64,000 nt of DNA, from NCBI GenBank assembly GCA_963793265.1, contig CAWBZI010000001.1:1216001-1280000 (forward strand). The letters run 5' to 3'. The translations under genes and the position numbers were made by a program. Source of the DNA: an uncultured cyanobacterium (GTDB lineage: Bacteria > Cyanobacteriota > Cyanobacteriia > Phormidesmidales > Phormidesmidaceae). Positions 30,734 to 41,659 of this stretch are shown one piece after another. How positions within the stretch are numbered: position 1 is the stretch's first letter; the number at the start of each line of letters is the position of its first letter. The notes beneath the pieces were generated by a model. That model saw only the letters and a program-made list of their open reading frames with translations. It searched no databases and was not told the origin of the DNA.

Positions 30734-31375
30734 ATGGTAGGGACACCGCCCGCGCAGACACCCACGCAAACACTGGTGCTGCCAAGATTGATTGTGGGCT
30801 TGGGAAATCCAGGCGCTAAGTATGACCGGACACGTCACAATATTGGCTTTGAGGTGATTGATGCGATCGCTAAAACCTACCCAGACGTTTCCCTCACAGA
30901 AAACAAGCGGTTCCAGGGTGCCACAGGCGAATTTCGGAATGGGGGCGATCGCACCGTTCTCCTCAAGCCCACCACCTACATGAACAAGTCAGGCCAGGCT
31001 GTCCGCGCCGTGCTCGACTGGTACAAGCTAGACCCTGCCTCAGTGCTCGTGGTGTACGACGATATGGATTTACCCACTGGCAAGCTGCGCCTACGCCTGA
31101 CAGGTGGAGCCGGTGGGCACAACGGCATGAAGTCGATTATCGCTCACTTAGGCACAAAGGATTTTCCTCGGCTGCGCGTTGGCATTGGTAGCACCGATAA
31201 AGGCGAGGAACGTGATAGCGCAGTTGTCTCTCACGTGTTAGGCCGCTTTGCCCCAGAGGATAGAAAGATCGTTGATGCGGTAATTCCGATGGCAGTCGAT
31301 GCGATTGACTTGAGCCTGCGTAAGGGATTTGAGCGCTCAATGAATTTGTATAACGGGCGAGAGGTAGAGATTTAA
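30734..31375 (+). CDS. pth: Peptidyl-tRNA hydrolase
   Basis: LIVGLGNPG..TRHNIGF, KPTTYMN, GGHNGMKSI. Confidence 0.97.
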   Translation: MVGTPPAQTPTQTLVLPRLIVGLGNPGAKYDRTRHNIGFEVIDAIAKTYPDVSLTENKRFQGATGEFRNGGDRTVLLKPTTYMNKSGQAVRAVLDWYKLDPASVLVVYDDMDLPTGKLRLRLTGGAGGHNGMKSIIAHLGTKDFPRLRVGIGSTDKGEERDSAVVSHVLGRFAPEDRKIVDAVIPMAVDAIDLSLRKGFERSMNLYNGREVEI

Positions 31376-31740
31376 GGCGGCGCTTGGTCTTGAGAACGCT
31401 GATAGAAGAGAATACCAACCCGACGGATATGGTCTACAACGTCAGGATTATCAATATGGCTGAGAATAGAGATATCAAAGAGGTAGGGCAGCAGTAAATC
31501 GTCTATTTCATTTTCTAGACGGCTGATAATTCGGTAAGTTAGCTGCGTTCCCGTCAAAGTCAAATCAATGTCTGAGCCAGGACGATACCTGTTCATAGCT
31601 CTTGATCCATAAAGAATCGCAGACTCTACTTCAGGATAGTGAGAAAAAACGTCTGTGATTTTAGTAATCACTGATTCTTTTAGCCCAAACCGCTTCGGTG
31701 TTTCGCCAAATGTTTTTGAATCTGATGAGATAGGCGGCAT
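31372..31740 (-). CDS. Minimal nucleotidyltransferase (MNT) antitoxin
   Basis: GS-x10-DxD motif YGSRAMNRYRPGSDIDL. Confidence 0.88.
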   Translation of the reverse strand: MPPISSDSKTFGETPKRFGLKESVITKITDVFSHYPEVESAILYGSRAMNRYRPGSDIDLTLTGTQLTYRIISRLENEIDDLLLPYLFDISILSHIDNPDVVDHIRRVGILFYQRSQDQAPP

Positions 31741-31745
31741 CTCAG

Positions 31746-32162
31746 TTATTCCTCATCTGCATTTGAGATTTTCTGCATCTTCGACTGCAGAGCAATAAAT
31801 TTCTCAAAGTAGCTTTCTGCAACGCTAGTTGCGATTTCTCTAGCAGTATCGCGGTTGTAGGTATGGCTCGTCCGATTGCGGTCTTTGATCATCTTCATCC
31901 AAGCTTCGCCATCTTCAATCAGGCCCAGCGTAAAGGCAGTTCGAGTGGCATCTTTAGATCCGTAGATATCGTTTCGGCCCCGGCTACTCAGAAAAGATTT
32001 CAAAAGCTTCCAAGCTAATTCATGAGTATATTCAAAAGCCTTAATTAAGCCTTGTTCTTCCAGCTCATTTAGCTCGCCTTTTTCTATAAATTTAGTTAGC
32101 TGCGCTACTGCCATTTTGTAGCTAACAAATCGCTGTTTCCATCGGACATCTGGATAGTCCAT
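31746..32162 (-). CDS. HEPN-domain protein (HI0074-like), toxin partner of MNT
   Basis: RWKQRF, FEYTHELAWK and the R-x4-H-x-Y motif RNRTSHTY. Confidence 0.88.
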   Translation of the reverse strand: MDYPDVRWKQRFVSYKMAVAQLTKFIEKGELNELEEQGLIKAFEYTHELAWKLLKSFLSSRGRNDIYGSKDATRTAFTLGLIEDGEAWMKMIKDRNRTSHTYNRDTAREIATSVAESYFEKFIALQSKMQKISNADEE

Positions 32163-32166
32163 GACT

Positions 32167-32655
32167 CTATAGCCTTACGTAGGGCGCTAGTTCATTCCAC
32201 AGGTCGGGAAACTGCTGGCGAATTTCGGCGGCTTTGCCAATTGCCATATCTCGATAGTCAAACCCAGGCGCAACCGCCTCTCCTAGCAATCCATACTCAC
32301 CCGATTCCAGCACTGCCGCCTTCCAGTATCCGCCCGGCACAATGAGCTGAGGCACTTCACCTTGAGCCACATCAAGTCCTAACCTGATCTTCTTCAACTT
32401 GCCTTCCAAGTCAATCAAAAAGTATGTAATCGAGGCACCAGCCTGAAAATAGTGCACGATATCAGACGTGTTTTTGTTCAAATGATTGATCGGGCGATCG
32501 TCGGTGAGCAGGTAGTAAATCGAGGTCATCACCGAGCGATCTGAGCCTTCTCTAGGCGTCGGCATCTCTTCAGCAGATCGGTACGACTCAAAAAAGTAGC
32601 CGCCCTCAACGTGCTCAACTAGCGATAGCTTCTCAATCCAATCTTGCTTATTCAT
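32167..32655 (-). CDS. Cupin superfamily protein (DUF985-like)
   Basis: L..HVEGGYF, TSIYYLL, PQLIVPGG.W, VAPGFDY.D; ATG 32655. Confidence 0.85.
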   Translation of the reverse strand: MNKQDWIEKLSLVEHVEGGYFFESYRSAEEMPTPREGSDRSVMTSIYYLLTDDRPINHLNKNTSDIVHYFQAGASITYFLIDLEGKLKKIRLGLDVAQGEVPQLIVPGGYWKAAVLESGEYGLLGEAVAPGFDYRDMAIGKAAEIRQQFPDLWNELAPYVRL

Positions 32656-32689
32656 CTTGCTCGCAATCCAAGATACACAGTTATCGATC

Positions 32690-33397
32690 TTATGGCTTAA
32701 CCCAATCTTTCGCAGCATCGACAGCTCTGGTCATACCCTCAAAGCCAAAGCGAGCGATTAGATAGAGAATCGTGCTGGTGAGCGCGCCACTCACCACGCA
32801 GATTGTGATGCCCGCAAGGCTGATTGCACCATCGTCGTCTAACAGGCCGAAGCCAGTTACGAAAATGCCAATGGCAGGCAGCGTGTTGGTCAGGGGAATG
32901 GGGATCATCATAGAGATAGACATGAGTGCGATCGCCATCCCAATAACAAACCGCCCTACCCGACTCGTGCAAACAGGCGTCAGCCTTGGCCTAGCCACCA
33001 GCTCAATCCGCTGTAGCCAGGGCATTCCTTTACGAACAAAGCCCTGCACCGTTGACCGTTCAAAGCCGCGCTTACGAAAGCTCTCTGGTAGCCAAGGCTG
33101 TTCCGAGCCTGCAATAAGCTGAACAGCCAGCAAAAACATCACAATACCAAACGGCGTAGAGTAGCCGGGTGCAGGAATTGGCAGCGCAGACGGTAAAGAT
33201 AGCAAAACGAACAAAAAGCCAAACGTCCGCTCGCCCGCAATTTCTAGAATTTCATTGAGCGTAACTTCTTTCTTTTCAGAGATAGGCGGCTGACCATCGA
33301 CGGGCAGATCGGATAGTGCCGCAGACTGAGCGGCCAAAAGCGTCCCCGCATCATCGCTGAGAAAATATCGTTGTAGCTCTACAGATAGCCGTGCCAT
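32690..33397 (-). CDS. exoD: Exopolysaccharide synthesis protein ExoD
   Basis: GERTFGFL..LPSALPIPAPG, PIPLTNTLPA, DDG. Confidence 0.9.
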   Translation of the reverse strand: MARLSVELQRYFLSDDAGTLLAAQSAALSDLPVDGQPPISEKKEVTLNEILEIAGERTFGFLFVLLSLPSALPIPAPGYSTPFGIVMFLLAVQLIAGSEQPWLPESFRKRGFERSTVQGFVRKGMPWLQRIELVARPRLTPVCTSRVGRFVIGMAIALMSISMMIPIPLTNTLPAIGIFVTGFGLLDDDGAISLAGITICVVSGALTSTILYLIARFGFEGMTRAVDAAKDWVKP

Positions 33398-33622
33398 ACG
33401 TGGGGACTCAGTTGAATTAAAAGAATTAGGTCTATAGCAATATATAGCCTATGGCAAACCTTCACCGCCCTATCCGTTTTTCCTCAAAGAGCAACACGAT
33501 ATCTTTGCTCAACCCTTACTCCTCCTTAAAGACTCCGTAGCCACATTAAGAGGCTAGTAAATTTACTGATTTTCTTGCTAGATAGAGCTAAATACAACCA
33601 TTTAGCAAGCACAGGACTACCA

Positions 33623-35158
33623 ATGTCTGCTTTTATACCCATCGTTAGCTTCTTCATGGCGCTAGCGGCTCTGCTCTTCGGCTTAGCTGTGAGAGTGCTC
33701 GCAACGCTGCGATTTGCCGACTTCAGCGGCGACCAAATTAGAGATGCCTACGTTTCTATGAACATGTGGCAGGGCACGCTGCCAACGCTCGGGCCTTCTT
33801 CGGCTTGGGGTGATATTTATCTACCGCCACTATATTTTTATTTGGCGTTTCCCTTTACGGTCTTTGGCGCGGATTTGGCGTTTCAAGCGATCGCCAACGC
33901 CATTTTGACATTCCTCTCCATCCCCCTCCTAATCTTTACCATCTATCAGCTCCTAGAAAACGTCCCCCCGTCCAAACGCCTCCTGATCGCCAGCGGTGCG
34001 GGACTCTGGTACAGCTTGATATTCCAAAACATCATCATCAACACTGGCAACAGCCTGGCAGGAAACTCAGGCTCAATTGTCTTCTTCCTACTGGCCTTCG
34101 TGCTGCTATTCAAGTATCAGTGGGAAGCCAAGCTGTCTATGCAAGGTCAAATCGTCTGCTGGATTCTGTACGGCATGACGCTGGCACTAATTGGCAATCT
34201 ACACTTTGCACCGCTGTTTGTGATGTCCGCGGTCTTTGTCGGTAGCATCATTGCTTTCTGTCTGAAAAATCGTCGTCGCCCCAAGAGGTGGGCATTGCCG
34301 TTGCTTTCTATTGGCTCAGGCGTAGTGATGATGACGCCGTACTGGATTGGCGAATTTTCACGGGGGTGGACGAATACGCAGGGCATTATCAGTCTGATTT
34401 TTAAGGCGAGTAATGAAGACGGGTATGCGGTGACGTTTTTGCAGCGGTTGCAGGCGATCGCATCCGGCTATTTCAGCTTAGGCACCGACGTTTACTTCTT
34501 TCACCAGTCCACAAAATCCCTTCTCCTCTCCTTTTTCTTCCTCGGCATGATTCTCACCATCTCCCTGTGGAAATTCAAAGGGAACCGCCCCATCTTCTAT
34601 CTATTCCTCAGCATTTGGGCGCTATTTCTCTACGCCTATTCTTCTACAGACATGGAGCGCACCTACGATCCTGTCTTTTATAAACTGCTCATCTTTTTCG
34701 CACCCATCATTCTCACCAGCATCAGCCTCGCCTACTTCAACTACAGAAAAACCCTCGAAAAAATCGTCATTCTTACCCTCATCGCCACCGTCTCTCTCTC
34801 AGCCGTCATCAATCTGGATTTACATAAAAACTACGTCTACAGTCGCTACGGCCCGCAAAGGATTGCGCATACTGCCGACTATATAAAAACTGTAAAAGCG
34901 CTACCCGCAGGCTCAACCCTGTGCGACATTAACAGCCACCGGCCTAGCATCAGGATTTATGAATATACCAACGAATACATTGTGAAAAAGCCGCTTAGCT
35001 TCAACGTAGACTGCGAGCCCGACAGCTATGCGATTTATCCAAAGTTCAAGTCAAGCAGCCGATTCGAGGCCGTACCGAGTAAAGCGTTTGCCTCGTACGA
35101 AAAGCCCCATGAGGTATTTTACGAGGACGATGTGTTCTATATATTCCGCCTACTGTAA
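33623..35158 (+). CDS. Polytopic GT-C type (ArnT/PMT-like) membrane glycosyltransferase
   Basis: FSGDQIRDA..PTLGP..YLPPLYFYL followed by many TM helices. Confidence 0.65.
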   Translation: MSAFIPIVSFFMALAALLFGLAVRVLATLRFADFSGDQIRDAYVSMNMWQGTLPTLGPSSAWGDIYLPPLYFYLAFPFTVFGADLAFQAIANAILTFLSIPLLIFTIYQLLENVPPSKRLLIASGAGLWYSLIFQNIIINTGNSLAGNSGSIVFFLLAFVLLFKYQWEAKLSMQGQIVCWILYGMTLALIGNLHFAPLFVMSAVFVGSIIAFCLKNRRRPKRWALPLLSIGSGVVMMTPYWIGEFSRGWTNTQGIISLIFKASNEDGYAVTFLQRLQAIASGYFSLGTDVYFFHQSTKSLLLSFFFLGMILTISLWKFKGNRPIFYLFLSIWALFLYAYSSTDMERTYDPVFYKLLIFFAPIILTSISLAYFNYRKTLEKIVILTLIATVSLSAVINLDLHKNYVYSRYGPQRIAHTADYIKTVKALPAGSTLCDINSHRPSIRIYEYTNEYIVKKPLSFNVDCEPDSYAIYPKFKSSSRFEAVPSKAFASYEKPHEVFYEDDVFYIFRLL

Positions 35159-36997
35159 AGGCTCTCTTGCAGGCAGCCGAAACCAGTAACAGCTAAGTGC
35201 GATAGTGGCGATCGCACTCAAAATACTCGCTGCTACCCCCAGCTTAAAAGCCAGCGTCTTTTCAAGCACCACGTCCATCTCATATCGCCCCGGTTCTAGC
35301 TCAAACTGAAGTCGTCCATCTGTCGCTTGCTGCAAAGGATGAGCCTCGCCGTTCAGATACAAATGCCAGCCGGGATAGGAATAAATTCGTAAAATCCCCA
35401 TCGTCTGCTCACGAGCATTGACACTCAAACGTCTGTGATAGCTGCTCCAGTCCTCAATCGAGATATCCGCATCGCCCTGCAAAATCTCGACGCGGGGTTG
35501 ATTCGGCTGCGGGGTCGGTAAAGAAGCCGAAATTGTCTCTTTCACCTGCGGCAAGCCTTCACCCGTTTGTTCCTCTTTTACAAAACTCAGCGGCTTGCCG
35601 TTATCAATGCGAGGCCGATATTCCGGCACGTCGATCAACGTATCGCTATAGGGATTGTGCACGATATTCTCCAGCCATACCCGGTTCCAAATAACCCCGT
35701 TACCGCCGCTATAGAGTCCTGGGAACCGACGAGAATAGTCGTAGTTGAACTTGAAGTTGCCAAACAAAATGGCACAGATAATAACCAGTAAAAATACCCG
35801 TGAGAAATTCTGGGACAACCTTCTTAAAGAAAAGTCTCTTACCTGCCAGCGGCTCTGAAGGAGAGATTGAACCGCCAGCGCACATAGGGCCGCTTCTGTA
35901 AAATACAGCAGCCGATCAATACGGCCTGAGAACTCAATTTTTTGCAGAATAGGATTGAGCTTCCAAAGCGGCCAAGACCAGTCGCTCATAATAAAAATGA
36001 TGCCGATAGCCGTCAGCAGCAACACGCCCGCGGTCTTTCTTTTCTGTGGCTGACGCACAAATCCAAACGCCGCGATTCCTGCAAACGCCAGGCAGGCTAG
36101 CCACTGCCGAAAACCAATATCACCTATCCCGCGTCCAATCGTTTCAAAGACGTTGAGCATGTAGCCCTCAAAGCCAGACTGAGAGGCCAGCATGTATTCA
36201 ATATTGATGTAGCGCTGCTCTAGGACAGCAGGAATAAGAAAGAAGGCAGAAATTCCCCAGCCGAGGAGAGGTGTTAGCCAAATTTGTAGGCGCGTTTTCC
36301 AGGAATGGTGCCATAGGATTTTGAGCGTGTAGAGCATCCAGGCGATCGCATAGATCAACAAACTGGGCAAATGCGTCAGCGCCACCAAAGACCACAGCGA
36401 CGCCAGCACACATAAGTAGCCAGGCTTACGAATCGCCTTATCGGTAAAAAGCACCAGCAGCGGCGGCCAGACAAAGGTATACAGAGGCGAGAGTCCACCG
36501 CTTTGCACCAGACCTAGCAGCCCAGGGCTGAGCATGTAGGCCAGCGCGCCAAACAAAGCCCCTGCTCGCCCCCAGCGAACCCGTCCGCAGAAATAAAAGC
36601 TCAGTCCCGAGAGAAAAATACCGCCGCAAAACAATGTATTCACCGTTTGCTCAAAGGTCAGGCCAATCGCCCTGAGCCCTGAGCCCAAGAAATAAACCAA
36701 TGGTGGATAAAACACAAACGTCGGAGAGCCATAGCCAAAATTAGTCCCGGCCAGCCAGCGCGGATACCAAATCCCTTCTGCTAGCTGCTTAGAGAAGTGC
36801 TGAAGCCAGGTTAGGTGCCATCGCATATCGCCTAAGCCGTTGATGCCATCGCGAACCATGCGGAGGTTCATCGCGATCGCAGCTAAGACCAAAAAAGCAA
36901 CCACCCCGACTTCTATCAGCGCAGGTATCAGCACCCTGTTTGTGTGTTTTTCAAGCGCGTCCGAATTTACACTGTCAGCAGAATTAGAATTTTGCAT
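35150..36997 (-). CDS. Polytopic membrane protein, PTPS-related/YfhO-like (GT-C fold)
   Basis: GIWYPRW..NFGYGSPTFVFYPPL, C-terminal YPGWHLYLNG. Confidence 0.7.
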   Translation of the reverse strand: MQNSNSADSVNSDALEKHTNRVLIPALIEVGVVAFLVLAAIAMNLRMVRDGINGLGDMRWHLTWLQHFSKQLAEGIWYPRWLAGTNFGYGSPTFVFYPPLVYFLGSGLRAIGLTFEQTVNTLFCGGIFLSGLSFYFCGRVRWGRAGALFGALAYMLSPGLLGLVQSGGLSPLYTFVWPPLLVLFTDKAIRKPGYLCVLASLWSLVALTHLPSLLIYAIAWMLYTLKILWHHSWKTRLQIWLTPLLGWGISAFFLIPAVLEQRYINIEYMLASQSGFEGYMLNVFETIGRGIGDIGFRQWLACLAFAGIAAFGFVRQPQKRKTAGVLLLTAIGIIFIMSDWSWPLWKLNPILQKIEFSGRIDRLLYFTEAALCALAVQSLLQSRWQVRDFSLRRLSQNFSRVFLLVIICAILFGNFKFNYDYSRRFPGLYSGGNGVIWNRVWLENIVHNPYSDTLIDVPEYRPRIDNGKPLSFVKEEQTGEGLPQVKETISASLPTPQPNQPRVEILQGDADISIEDWSSYHRRLSVNAREQTMGILRIYSYPGWHLYLNGEAHPLQQATDGRLQFELEPGRYEMDVVLEKTLAFKLGVAASILSAIATIALSCYWFRLPAREPLQ

Positions 36998-37162
36998 AGT
37001 ATTTGTTTGATATTAGTGCCGCTATTAAATTGATATATAGACCGCGCTGATAAAAGCTCTGCCATCAGGAACTACACGAAATATATACGCTGATACATAA
37101 AAGCTTTCACCGTAAAGTGAACAAAGCTATCTTGAGCTTAATTTTTCCCTTTGGCAAAACGA

Positions 37163-37747
37163 ATGGCTAAAAAAACACTTATTATCACTACATTCCCTAC
37201 GTTACTAGCAACAGGAGGCTTCTTTCTCAGCGCGCTAACGACCATTGCGCAAGCAGCGCCAGTCGCCACCGAATTTATGTCCGACTACGTTCCCTCTGAA
37301 TGCGCCATTCGACTCGGCTATGCCACTGCAAACGCAGCAGACTTGAGCCAGACGCTAGATCAAGATTTCGAGCAGGCGGTTAGCACCGTAGTAGAAGATC
37401 AGCCTATAACGCTTTGTGATGCAGTTATCGGCACAGACAGCGGGGAGAGTCGCAACTTCAACTTTATTCATGCAGATGAAGGTGTTTATAAGATCGTCAC
37501 AGAAAGCACCTATCGATACGACGAGGAGAGCACTACCTATGTATTTAACGTATTAGGCGTTCGATTTATTCCAATTGCGACCGAAGGCACCTTAGATGCC
37601 AGTGGTGCCACAACAATGTTTGCACTAACAGGTAGCGTCTGCGCCACAGATACGCTTGACGAGCCTTTTGAAGTACGCTGCGAATTTGCTGCCGTTGATT
37701 CAGACGAAGGTGAGATTACAGCCGGGCAGTTGAGCTACGCCTATTAA
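37163..37747 (+). CDS. Secreted hypothetical protein
   Basis: Signal peptide ending AQA-A; acidic, 4 Cys; no family recognised. Confidence 0.65.
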   Translation: MAKKTLIITTFPTLLATGGFFLSALTTIAQAAPVATEFMSDYVPSECAIRLGYATANAADLSQTLDQDFEQAVSTVVEDQPITLCDAVIGTDSGESRNFNFIHADEGVYKIVTESTYRYDEESTTYVFNVLGVRFIPIATEGTLDASGATTMFALTGSVCATDTLDEPFEVRCEFAAVDSDEGEITAGQLSYAY

Positions 37748-37784
37748 TCGAAGGACTTGCGTCGGTCGAACTAGAACAAAATAC

Positions 37785-37818
37785 AAAAAAGCCGAGAGAA
37801 TCTTGCAACTCTCTCGGC
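37785..37818 (-). terminator. Intrinsic terminator downstream of ahcY
   Basis: GCCGAGAG...CTCTCGGC stem with A6 on the plus strand (U6 on the minus transcript). Confidence 0.7.
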
Positions 37819-37913
37819 CTCTCTCATTCAATTAGAGCAAGATGACTTTAGCTCTCAAGACTTAGGGACATGCGTCTAAATAAAGTACCGCTGATAGCGC
37901 TGTTCATTGCCTC

Positions 37914-37978
37914 GGGCATAGCAGTGCTAAGCCCCTACAGAAATTGACGGTGACGTAGGGGCATAGCACGCTATGCCC
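37914..37978. repeat. Inverted pair of GTAG-family REP-like elements
   Basis: GGGCATAGCAGTGCTAAGCCCCTAC, a 16-nt spacer, then GTAGGGGCATAGCACGCTATGCCC; matches 63558-63586. Confidence 0.8.
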
Positions 37979-38026
37979 AAGGCAATATTTGTCGGTTTGC
38001 CGGTACTTTATTTGAGCGCAGCTCCC

Positions 38027-39439
38027 TTAGTACTTGTAAGCTTCTGTCTTGAATGGGCCTTCTACAGGTACGTTGATGTACTCAGCCTGCTCCTTACTCA
38101 GCTCAGTAATCACGCCGTTGAAGCCTTCTACCATGTAGCGAGCGACTTCTTCGTCAAGCTTCTTAGGTAGCAGCTCAACGGTAATGGCCTCTGCTTTCTT
38201 CGCTTCATCCAAATCAGCAAACTTCTTCTCGTACAAGAAGATTTGAGCTAGCACCTGGTTAGCAAAAGAACCATCCATAATTCGTGAAGGATGACCTGTT
38301 GCATTACCCAGGTTGACCAAACGACCTTCGCTCAACAGGATCAAGAAGTCCTTGTCGTCATCAGAGCGATAGACCTGATGAACCTGAGGCTTCACCTCTT
38401 CCCAGCGCCACTCTTTGCGCATAAAAGCAGTGTCAATTTCGTTGTCGAAGTGACCGATGTTGCAAACAACAGCGCCTTTTTTAAGGTTAGCCAAGATGTT
38501 TTTATCGCAAACGTTGTAGTTACCAGTAGCCGTTACAACCAGATCAGTCTTAGAAAGAAGATCTAAGTCGAGGCTATCAACGGTGCCGTCGTTCTTACCG
38601 TTCTTGTAAGGAGAAACAACTTCAAAGCCGTCCATGCAAGCCTGCATTGCGCAGATAGGATCAACTTCAGCAACCTTTACAATCATGCCTTCTTGCTGCA
38701 AAGAAGCAACAGAACCTTTGCCCACGTCACCGTAGCCAATCACCAATGCTTTCTTACCAGAGAGCAGGTGGTCAGTACCCCGCTTAATCGCGTCATTCAA
38801 GCTGTGACGGCAGCCGTACTTGTTGTCGTTCTTAGTTTTAGTAACCGCGTCGTTAACGTTGATAGCAGGGATTTTTAGCTCTCCCTTTTCCATCATCTCA
38901 AACAAACGGTGAACGCCTGTTGTTGTTTCTTCAGTAACGCCGTGAATGCGCTTGAGCATTTGAGGATACTTCTGGTGGATGTGACCTGTAAGATCGCCAC
39001 CGTCATCCAAAATCATGTTGGCGTCCCAGAGTTCGCCGTTGCCGTCGTAGCAAGTTTGCTCTAGGCACCAGATGTACTCTTCTTCGGTTTCGCCTTTCCA
39101 AGCAAAAACAGGAATGCCAGCCGCTGCGATCGCTGCTGCCGCATGGTCTTGAGTCGAGAAAATATTACAAGAAGACCAGCGCACTTCAGCGCCTAGCTCA
39201 CACAGGGTTTCAATCAAAACCGCTGTTTGAATGGTCATGTGAATACAGCCGATGATCTTAGCGTTTGCCAAGGGCTTGCTGTCACGGTACTTGTCGCGAA
39301 TAGCCATCAGAGCGGGCATTTCGCCTTCAGCGATCGCGATTTCTTTGCGGCCCCAGTCAGCCAAAGCGATATCAGCGACTTTGTAGTCAAGCTTGCCAGT
39401 AGGCGCGGTATCGGGAATTCGAGTGCCAGTTGCAATCAT
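38027..39439 (-). CDS. ahcY: Adenosylhomocysteinase
   Basis: [54 protein letters not shown] 39439. Confidence 0.98.
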   Translation of the reverse strand: MIATGTRIPDTAPTGKLDYKVADIALADWGRKEIAIAEGEMPALMAIRDKYRDSKPLANAKIIGCIHMTIQTAVLIETLCELGAEVRWSSCNIFSTQDHAAAAIAAAGIPVFAWKGETEEEYIWCLEQTCYDGNGELWDANMILDDGGDLTGHIHQKYPQMLKRIHGVTEETTTGVHRLFEMMEKGELKIPAINVNDAVTKTKNDNKYGCRHSLNDAIKRGTDHLLSGKKALVIGYGDVGKGSVASLQQEGMIVKVAEVDPICAMQACMDGFEVVSPYKNGKNDGTVDSLDLDLLSKTDLVVTATGNYNVCDKNILANLKKGAVVCNIGHFDNEIDTAFMRKEWRWEEVKPQVHQVYRSDDDKDFLILLSEGRLVNLGNATGHPSRIMDGSFANQVLAQIFLYEKKFADLDEAKKAEAITVELLPKKLDEEVARYMVEGFNGVITELSKEQAEYINVPVEGPFKTEAYKY

Positions 39440-39619
39440 AGTTATTTCGGTGTCTCTTTGTCGTAAGTAAAACTTGTCTACGATCAGCTTACCTTCAAAA
39501 ATAAATGTGAGCCGCCGAAAAGCCCGTCTAGCCCATGCATTCCACCGATGCATATATATTGATGCCATTAATTAAGTGCTTAAAAGCGCGTCACATTAAA
39601 CAAGTCCTTTAAGCGCCGC

Positions 39620-40447
39620 TTATGCGCCTTGCTTTTGCAACGGGTCTTCGGGTAATCCAATATCTTCAGGCAAGCCGAATTGACGCGATCGCACATCCTC
39701 ACAAAACTGCTTCGCCGCCTCAATCCCCTGCTCTCTCAAATTCACATAGGGCTTGGCAAACGGCGGCTGCCATTCTGAGAGCCCCAGCAAATCGGAAGTC
39801 ACATACACTTGCCCATCACAATATGGCCCCGCGCCAATGCCAATGGTCGGAATCGTCAGCGTTTGGCTAATGGTTTGAGCGAGTTCGTCAGGAATGTGTT
39901 CGAGCACGATTGCGAAGGCACCCGATTTTTCGAGTGCGATCGCCTCATTCAAAATCCGCTCAGCTGCCTCAGCCGACTTCCCCTGCTTGCGAAAGCTCCC
40001 CACCTGATACACCGACTGCGGCGTTAGGCCGACATGCCCCATCACTGGCACGCCCATCTGCACCACAGCGGCGATCGTTTGCACCATCGCGGCGTGACCG
40101 CCCTCCATTTTCACAGACTGCGCTCCCGTCTCTTTTAACACCCGCCCTGCTGCCAGCATTGCCGCCTCCGGGCTCAACTGATAGCTTAAAAAAGGCAGAT
40201 CGACGACCACCAGCGTCTTTTTTACCGCTCGCCGTACCATTTTTGTGTGATAAAGCATTTCGTCTAGCGTTAGCGGCAGCGAGGTTTCATGGCCCATCAC
40301 CGACATCGCCATTGAGTCGCCTACCAAAACAATATCCACATCTGCGGCCTCAGCGATCTGGGCAGACATATAGTCCCAGGCGGTGAGCATTGCGATCGCT
40401 CGCCCCTCCTGCTTCCGCCGCGCAAACTTGTGCACATTGACGATCAT
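39620..40447 (-). CDS. panB: 3-methyl-2-oxobutanoate hydroxymethyltransferase
   Basis: [37 protein letters not shown]. Confidence 0.96.
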   Translation of the reverse strand: MIVNVHKFARRKQEGRAIAMLTAWDYMSAQIAEAADVDIVLVGDSMAMSVMGHETSLPLTLDEMLYHTKMVRRAVKKTLVVVDLPFLSYQLSPEAAMLAAGRVLKETGAQSVKMEGGHAAMVQTIAAVVQMGVPVMGHVGLTPQSVYQVGSFRKQGKSAEAAERILNEAIALEKSGAFAIVLEHIPDELAQTISQTLTIPTIGIGAGPYCDGQVYVTSDLLGLSEWQPPFAKPYVNLREQGIEAAKQFCEDVRSRQFGLPEDIGLPEDPLQKQGA

Positions 40448-40555
40448 GATCTTGGCTCCTACTGAGCTGGTTATATTCCGCAAAGTTGCCATAGCCATTC
40501 AAGCGCCTGGCATTAACTAGAATATCAAACCTAGTAGATGCTGCTTAATGGGGGA

Positions 40556-41659
40556 TCACCGCGCCCCAAAAGCGCTCACAATTGAACCATGTGGGACTCC
40601 GCGCCCGGTTACCGTGCTCACCCAGGCTAGTCCCTCAGTGGTGCCCACCCAAATTTTGTTTCCCGTATCCGGCGAAATCGACAGGATATGGTCAGATGGC
40701 AGGCCAGGCACTCGTCCTACAATTGCACCGTTGTATGGGTTTAGCTTCACTAATCCAGTGCGCGTACCGACCCATAGGCTTTGTGTGGAATCGAATGCGA
40801 TCGCCTGCACATCTCGCCCCCGTAGCTGAGTCACCGAGCGCAACAACTGCCCCGTACGACTATCCACCACCAGCACCCCCGTCGGCGTCCCGATCCACAA
40901 ATTCCCCTGCGGCCCCACCGCCATCGCCTGAGCAGAGCGCCCCGGCAGGTCAGTCACCCGGTCAGTAATATAGGCCGAAGCCGTATCAATCCGCACCAGC
41001 CCTTCCAAAGTACCGACCCACAAATTACCGTCCGGTGCGAGCCCCAGCGTATTCGCACTCACCCCCGGCAGCGCTTGCAGCGTCGTCATCAGCAACCCTT
41101 CATCCGGGCTAATCATTGCCAGGCCGCGATCGGTACCCACCCACAAAAAACCGCGATGGTCTACCAGCGTCGCCAGCACCCGGTTAGAAGGCAGGCGAAA
41201 ATTCTGCGCCGTCACCTCATTAATTCGAGGCTCAATCCGAATCAGCCCCTCAGGCGTACCCAGCCAAATTCGACCTACCTTGTCTTGGGCCATCGCATCA
41301 ATAAATCGATTCGGCACCGGCACCTGCGCCAGCACTCGCCCCGTCTCAGGATCAATTCGCACAACGCCCTGATGCGACCCGACCCACAGACTACCGGTAT
41401 AGTCGGCTTGCAGTGCGCCTACTTTATAGTCCTCAGCAATGGGATTGGGCCTTCTGGATCGCTCGTTGGTCAATGGACGAGAAGGGGTGCCGATATTGGT
41501 GTTAGCGCCGGGGAGGCGGACTTGGGCGATCGCAGGCTGAGCCATCCAAGCCTGAACCCCCAAAGGAATATTAAGAACAATCGCTATCCCGCTTTTTAGA
41601 AAAGCAGCGCCTACCCTTCGACCAACTTTTCTAGTAATACCCACAAAAACACGCCCCAA
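40556..41659 (-). CDS. Secreted beta-propeller protein (two-component regulator propeller-like repeats)
   Basis: Seven roughly 41-aa repeats of D..G.LWVGT..GL; hydrophobic N-terminus. Start uncertain. Confidence 0.8.
   Translation of the reverse strand: MGRVFVGITRKVGRRVGAAFLKSGIAIVLNIPLGVQAWMAQPAIAQVRLPGANTNIGTPSRPLTNERSRRPNPIAEDYKVGALQADYTGSLWVGSHQGVVRIDPETGRVLAQVPVPNRFIDAMAQDKVGRIWLGTPEGLIRIEPRINEVTAQNFRLPSNRVLATLVDHRGFLWVGTDRGLAMISPDEGLLMTTLQALPGVSANTLGLAPDGNLWVGTLEGLVRIDTASAYITDRVTDLPGRSAQAMAVGPQGNLWIGTPTGVLVVDSRTGQLLRSVTQLRGRDVQAIAFDSTQSLWVGTRTGLVKLNPYNGAIVGRVPGLPSDHILSISPDTGNKIWVGTTEGLAWVSTVTGRGVPHGSIVSAFGAR

Noticed and set aside
39440..39619. SAH or SAM riboswitch upstream of ahcY
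   Set aside because: No recognisable conserved core by eye; an Rfam scan would be decisive.
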